Below, piece after piece: positions 61,686-64,000 of a stretch of DNA of 64,000 nucleotides. Under the pieces are notes generated by a model that did no database searches, was not told where the DNA came from, and saw only the letters and a program-made list of their open reading frames with translations. The stretch's first letter is position 1, and every line of letters starts with the position of its first letter. Source of the stretch: Octopus bimaculoides (taxonomy: Eukaryota); assembly GCF_001194135.2 (NCBI RefSeq), contig NC_068981.1, positions 73,091,351-73,155,350 of the forward strand, written 5' to 3'. A program made the translations under genes and the position numbers.

Positions 61686-63177
61686 TGCCTGCAGAAGCAT
61701 ACAGACATATGCACAAACGCAAACAAGCACACTCGCGTTCATATACATACGCGCTTCAACACGCGCCTATGCGCACGCACATATATGCACATATATACAA
61801 ATTTAGGTGTCACAAACTAACTGAAATAATATATACATAAAAAAGAAAAAGGCGCTTGTTAGAAATCATGCTTTGTTTTTTAGTATTTGTTTTGTAATAC
61901 ATTTGGCAGCGATAAGACTACAGAATTATGGCACCATTAAGTCTGATGAGACGGATAATAATCAAGATGAACTAAGTGAATTTAGTATTACTTACTAAAC
62001 ACCTTTAGTGAGGGGGAATAGCAACAGTTTATTTAGTACAGCGAAAGATTTGAACTCCGCCGAGTAGAGGTGAACTTTTGTCGACCCAAGATTTTGACAG
62101 TTTAAAAAATTATATCTCTAGTTTACGTATGTTCATTTCGTTTAAACTAGCTAGTGTTGAATTTGCCAAGGCACCTGGTAATGCATAGGCGCTGAATATA
62201 TAGAAACAGTCAATTTTAAATAAATGCTTAACCTAACGTATGTCTAGTCTCTTCGGAACGCCGGAGTTTTAATGGTGGCAGCTGATGAAGGGGATGTTTC
62301 TATGTGGCCCGCTTGTTTGTTGCACCTTGTTTACCATTTTGTCCTTGTTCTTTTGCCACGTCATGTACCCAGTTATGTATCTATATGTACATGTAGATGA
62401 ACGTATATACATACATGTACATATATATGCATATACTCATATATTGTTTATATATATATATATATATNNNNNNNNNNNNNNNNNNNNNNNNNNNNNNNNN
62501 NNNNNNNNNNNNNNNNNNNNNNNNNNNNNNNNNNNNNNNNNNNNNNNNNNNNNNNNNNNNNNNNNNNNNNNNNNNNNNNNNNNNNNNNNNNNNNNNNNNN
62601 NNNNNNNNNNNNNNNNNNNNNNNNNNNNNNNNNNNNNNNNNNNNNNNNNNNNNNNNNNNNNNNNNNNNNNNNNNNNNNNNNNNNNNNNNNNNNNNNNNNN
62701 NNNNNNNNNNNNNNNNNNNNNNNNNNNNNNNNNNNNNNNNNNNNNNNNNNNNNNNNNNNNNNNNNNNNNNNNNNNNNNNNNNNNNNNNNNNNNNNNNNNN
62801 NNNNNNNNNNNNNNNNNNNNNNNNNNNNNNNNNNNNNNNNNNNNNNNNNNNNNNNNNNNNNNNNNNNNNNNNNNNNNNNNNNNNNNNNNNNNNNNNNNNN
62901 NNNNNNNNNNNNNNNNNNNNNNNNNNNNNNNNNNNNNNNNNNNNNNNNNNNNNNNNNNNNNNNNNNNNNNNNNNNNNNNNNNNNNNNNNNNNNNNNNNNN
63001 NNNNNNNNNNNNNNNNNNNNNNNNNNNNNNNNNNNNNNNNNNNNNNNNNNNNNNNNNNNNNNNNNNNNNNNNNNNNNNNNNNNNNNNNNNNNNNNNNNNN
63101 NNNNNNNNNNNNNNNNNNNNNNNNNNNNNNNNNNNNNNNNNNNNNNNNNNNNNNNNNTATATATATATATATATATC

Positions 63178-63485
63178 GAAGACCATGGGATTGCATCTAG
63201 AAAGTTACCAAGGCACAAGTCCGGTCAAGGTTGTTTATGGAAGACTAGCAGTCGTCCATGCATACCAGCCTCCCCTCTCCACGCCACCGATGTTATCCAA
63301 GGGAAAGGCAAAGGCCGATACAGCTTGGCATCAGTGACGTCGCAACTCATTTCTACGGCTGAGTGAACTGGAGCAACGTGAAATAAAGTGTCTTGCTCAA
63401 GAACATAACACGCAGCCCGGTCCGGGATTCGAAATCACAACCTCACGGTCGTAAGATCGTCGCTCTAACCACTGAGCCATGCGCC

Positions 63486-63490
<5 letters not shown>
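63178..63490 (-). mobile_element. SINE D1, young, next to an (AC)n tract
   Basis: Homologous to 45090-45543 with CpGs intact. Confidence 0.8.
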
Positions 63491-63532
<42 letters not shown>

Positions 63533-63960
63533 TGTTATATTTCATGACGGTCATTTTTTTTTTACCAAATAAACATTCGTTCTTCACTTCAGCTTTATTA
63601 TTGTTCTTCTTTTCGTATCCTTTGTCTGAAATCCTTCGTCACACATCCCGTGACCTCTTCAACGACTCCCCATTCCACGTGTCTCCTCCTGTTCTGTTTA
63701 ATACATCCCCGCTCTCTCTTTATGTATATATATGTATGTCTAGTTTTAGAATAGAGACAGCTGATGAAGGAATAATTCCATAAGTGGCTTGTTTGTTTTC
63801 CTATGTGTTCGTTCTGTTGTCTGTAAACATAGTCCGTTCTGTTTTTATGTCCCCGTTCATTTTTCTAACGCCCTGTACCCAGATATGCATCTATATATAC
63901 ATATAGATGTAGGTATGTACATATATTTATGTATACATGCATATGCTTATATATTATTTG

Positions 63961-64000
<40 letters not shown>

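Noticed and set aside
38174-63337. Long ORFs of 200-360 aa in the ORF track
   Set aside because: They consist of X residues from N gaps plus dinucleotide repeats
63760-63790. CTGATGA followed by a short stem (also at 62284)
   Set aside because: No GAAA core follows the stem, so a hammerhead is not supported

Overview
AT-rich, repeat-dense animal genomic scaffold with several N gaps. The SINE, LINE and microsatellite repertoire suggests an octopus-type cephalopod genome (inference, no database check). The left 38 kb holds the 3' part of a + strand DNA ligase I gene (LIG1): 13 coding exons from 2092 to the stop at 37761, about 557 codons. They cover the end of the DNA-binding domain, the adenylation domain (KYDG active site at 13821) and the OB-fold; the 5' exons lie upstream of the window. 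One intron needs a non-canonical GC donor (15484). No second host gene could be supported. The rest is mobile DNA: RTE-type LINE fragments, several modular tRNA-derived SINE families, TTAA (piggyBac-like) MITEs, a maT-like DD37D element, a mariner carrying a nested 8-bp-TSD MITE with internal TTAGGG repeats, a Gypsy gag remnant, a probable solo LTR and a Tc1-like element with DD36E spacing. Most notable: a variable array of ~65-nt hairpin units in the RTE LINE 3' UTR, the GC donor flanked by frameshifting GT donors plus a candidate 15-nt microexon in the same intron, the nested telomeric-repeat MITE, the DD36E transposase, and CpG erosion of repeats inside the LIG1 gene body. Repeat boundaries were read by eye and are approximate unless TIR or TSD coordinates are given.
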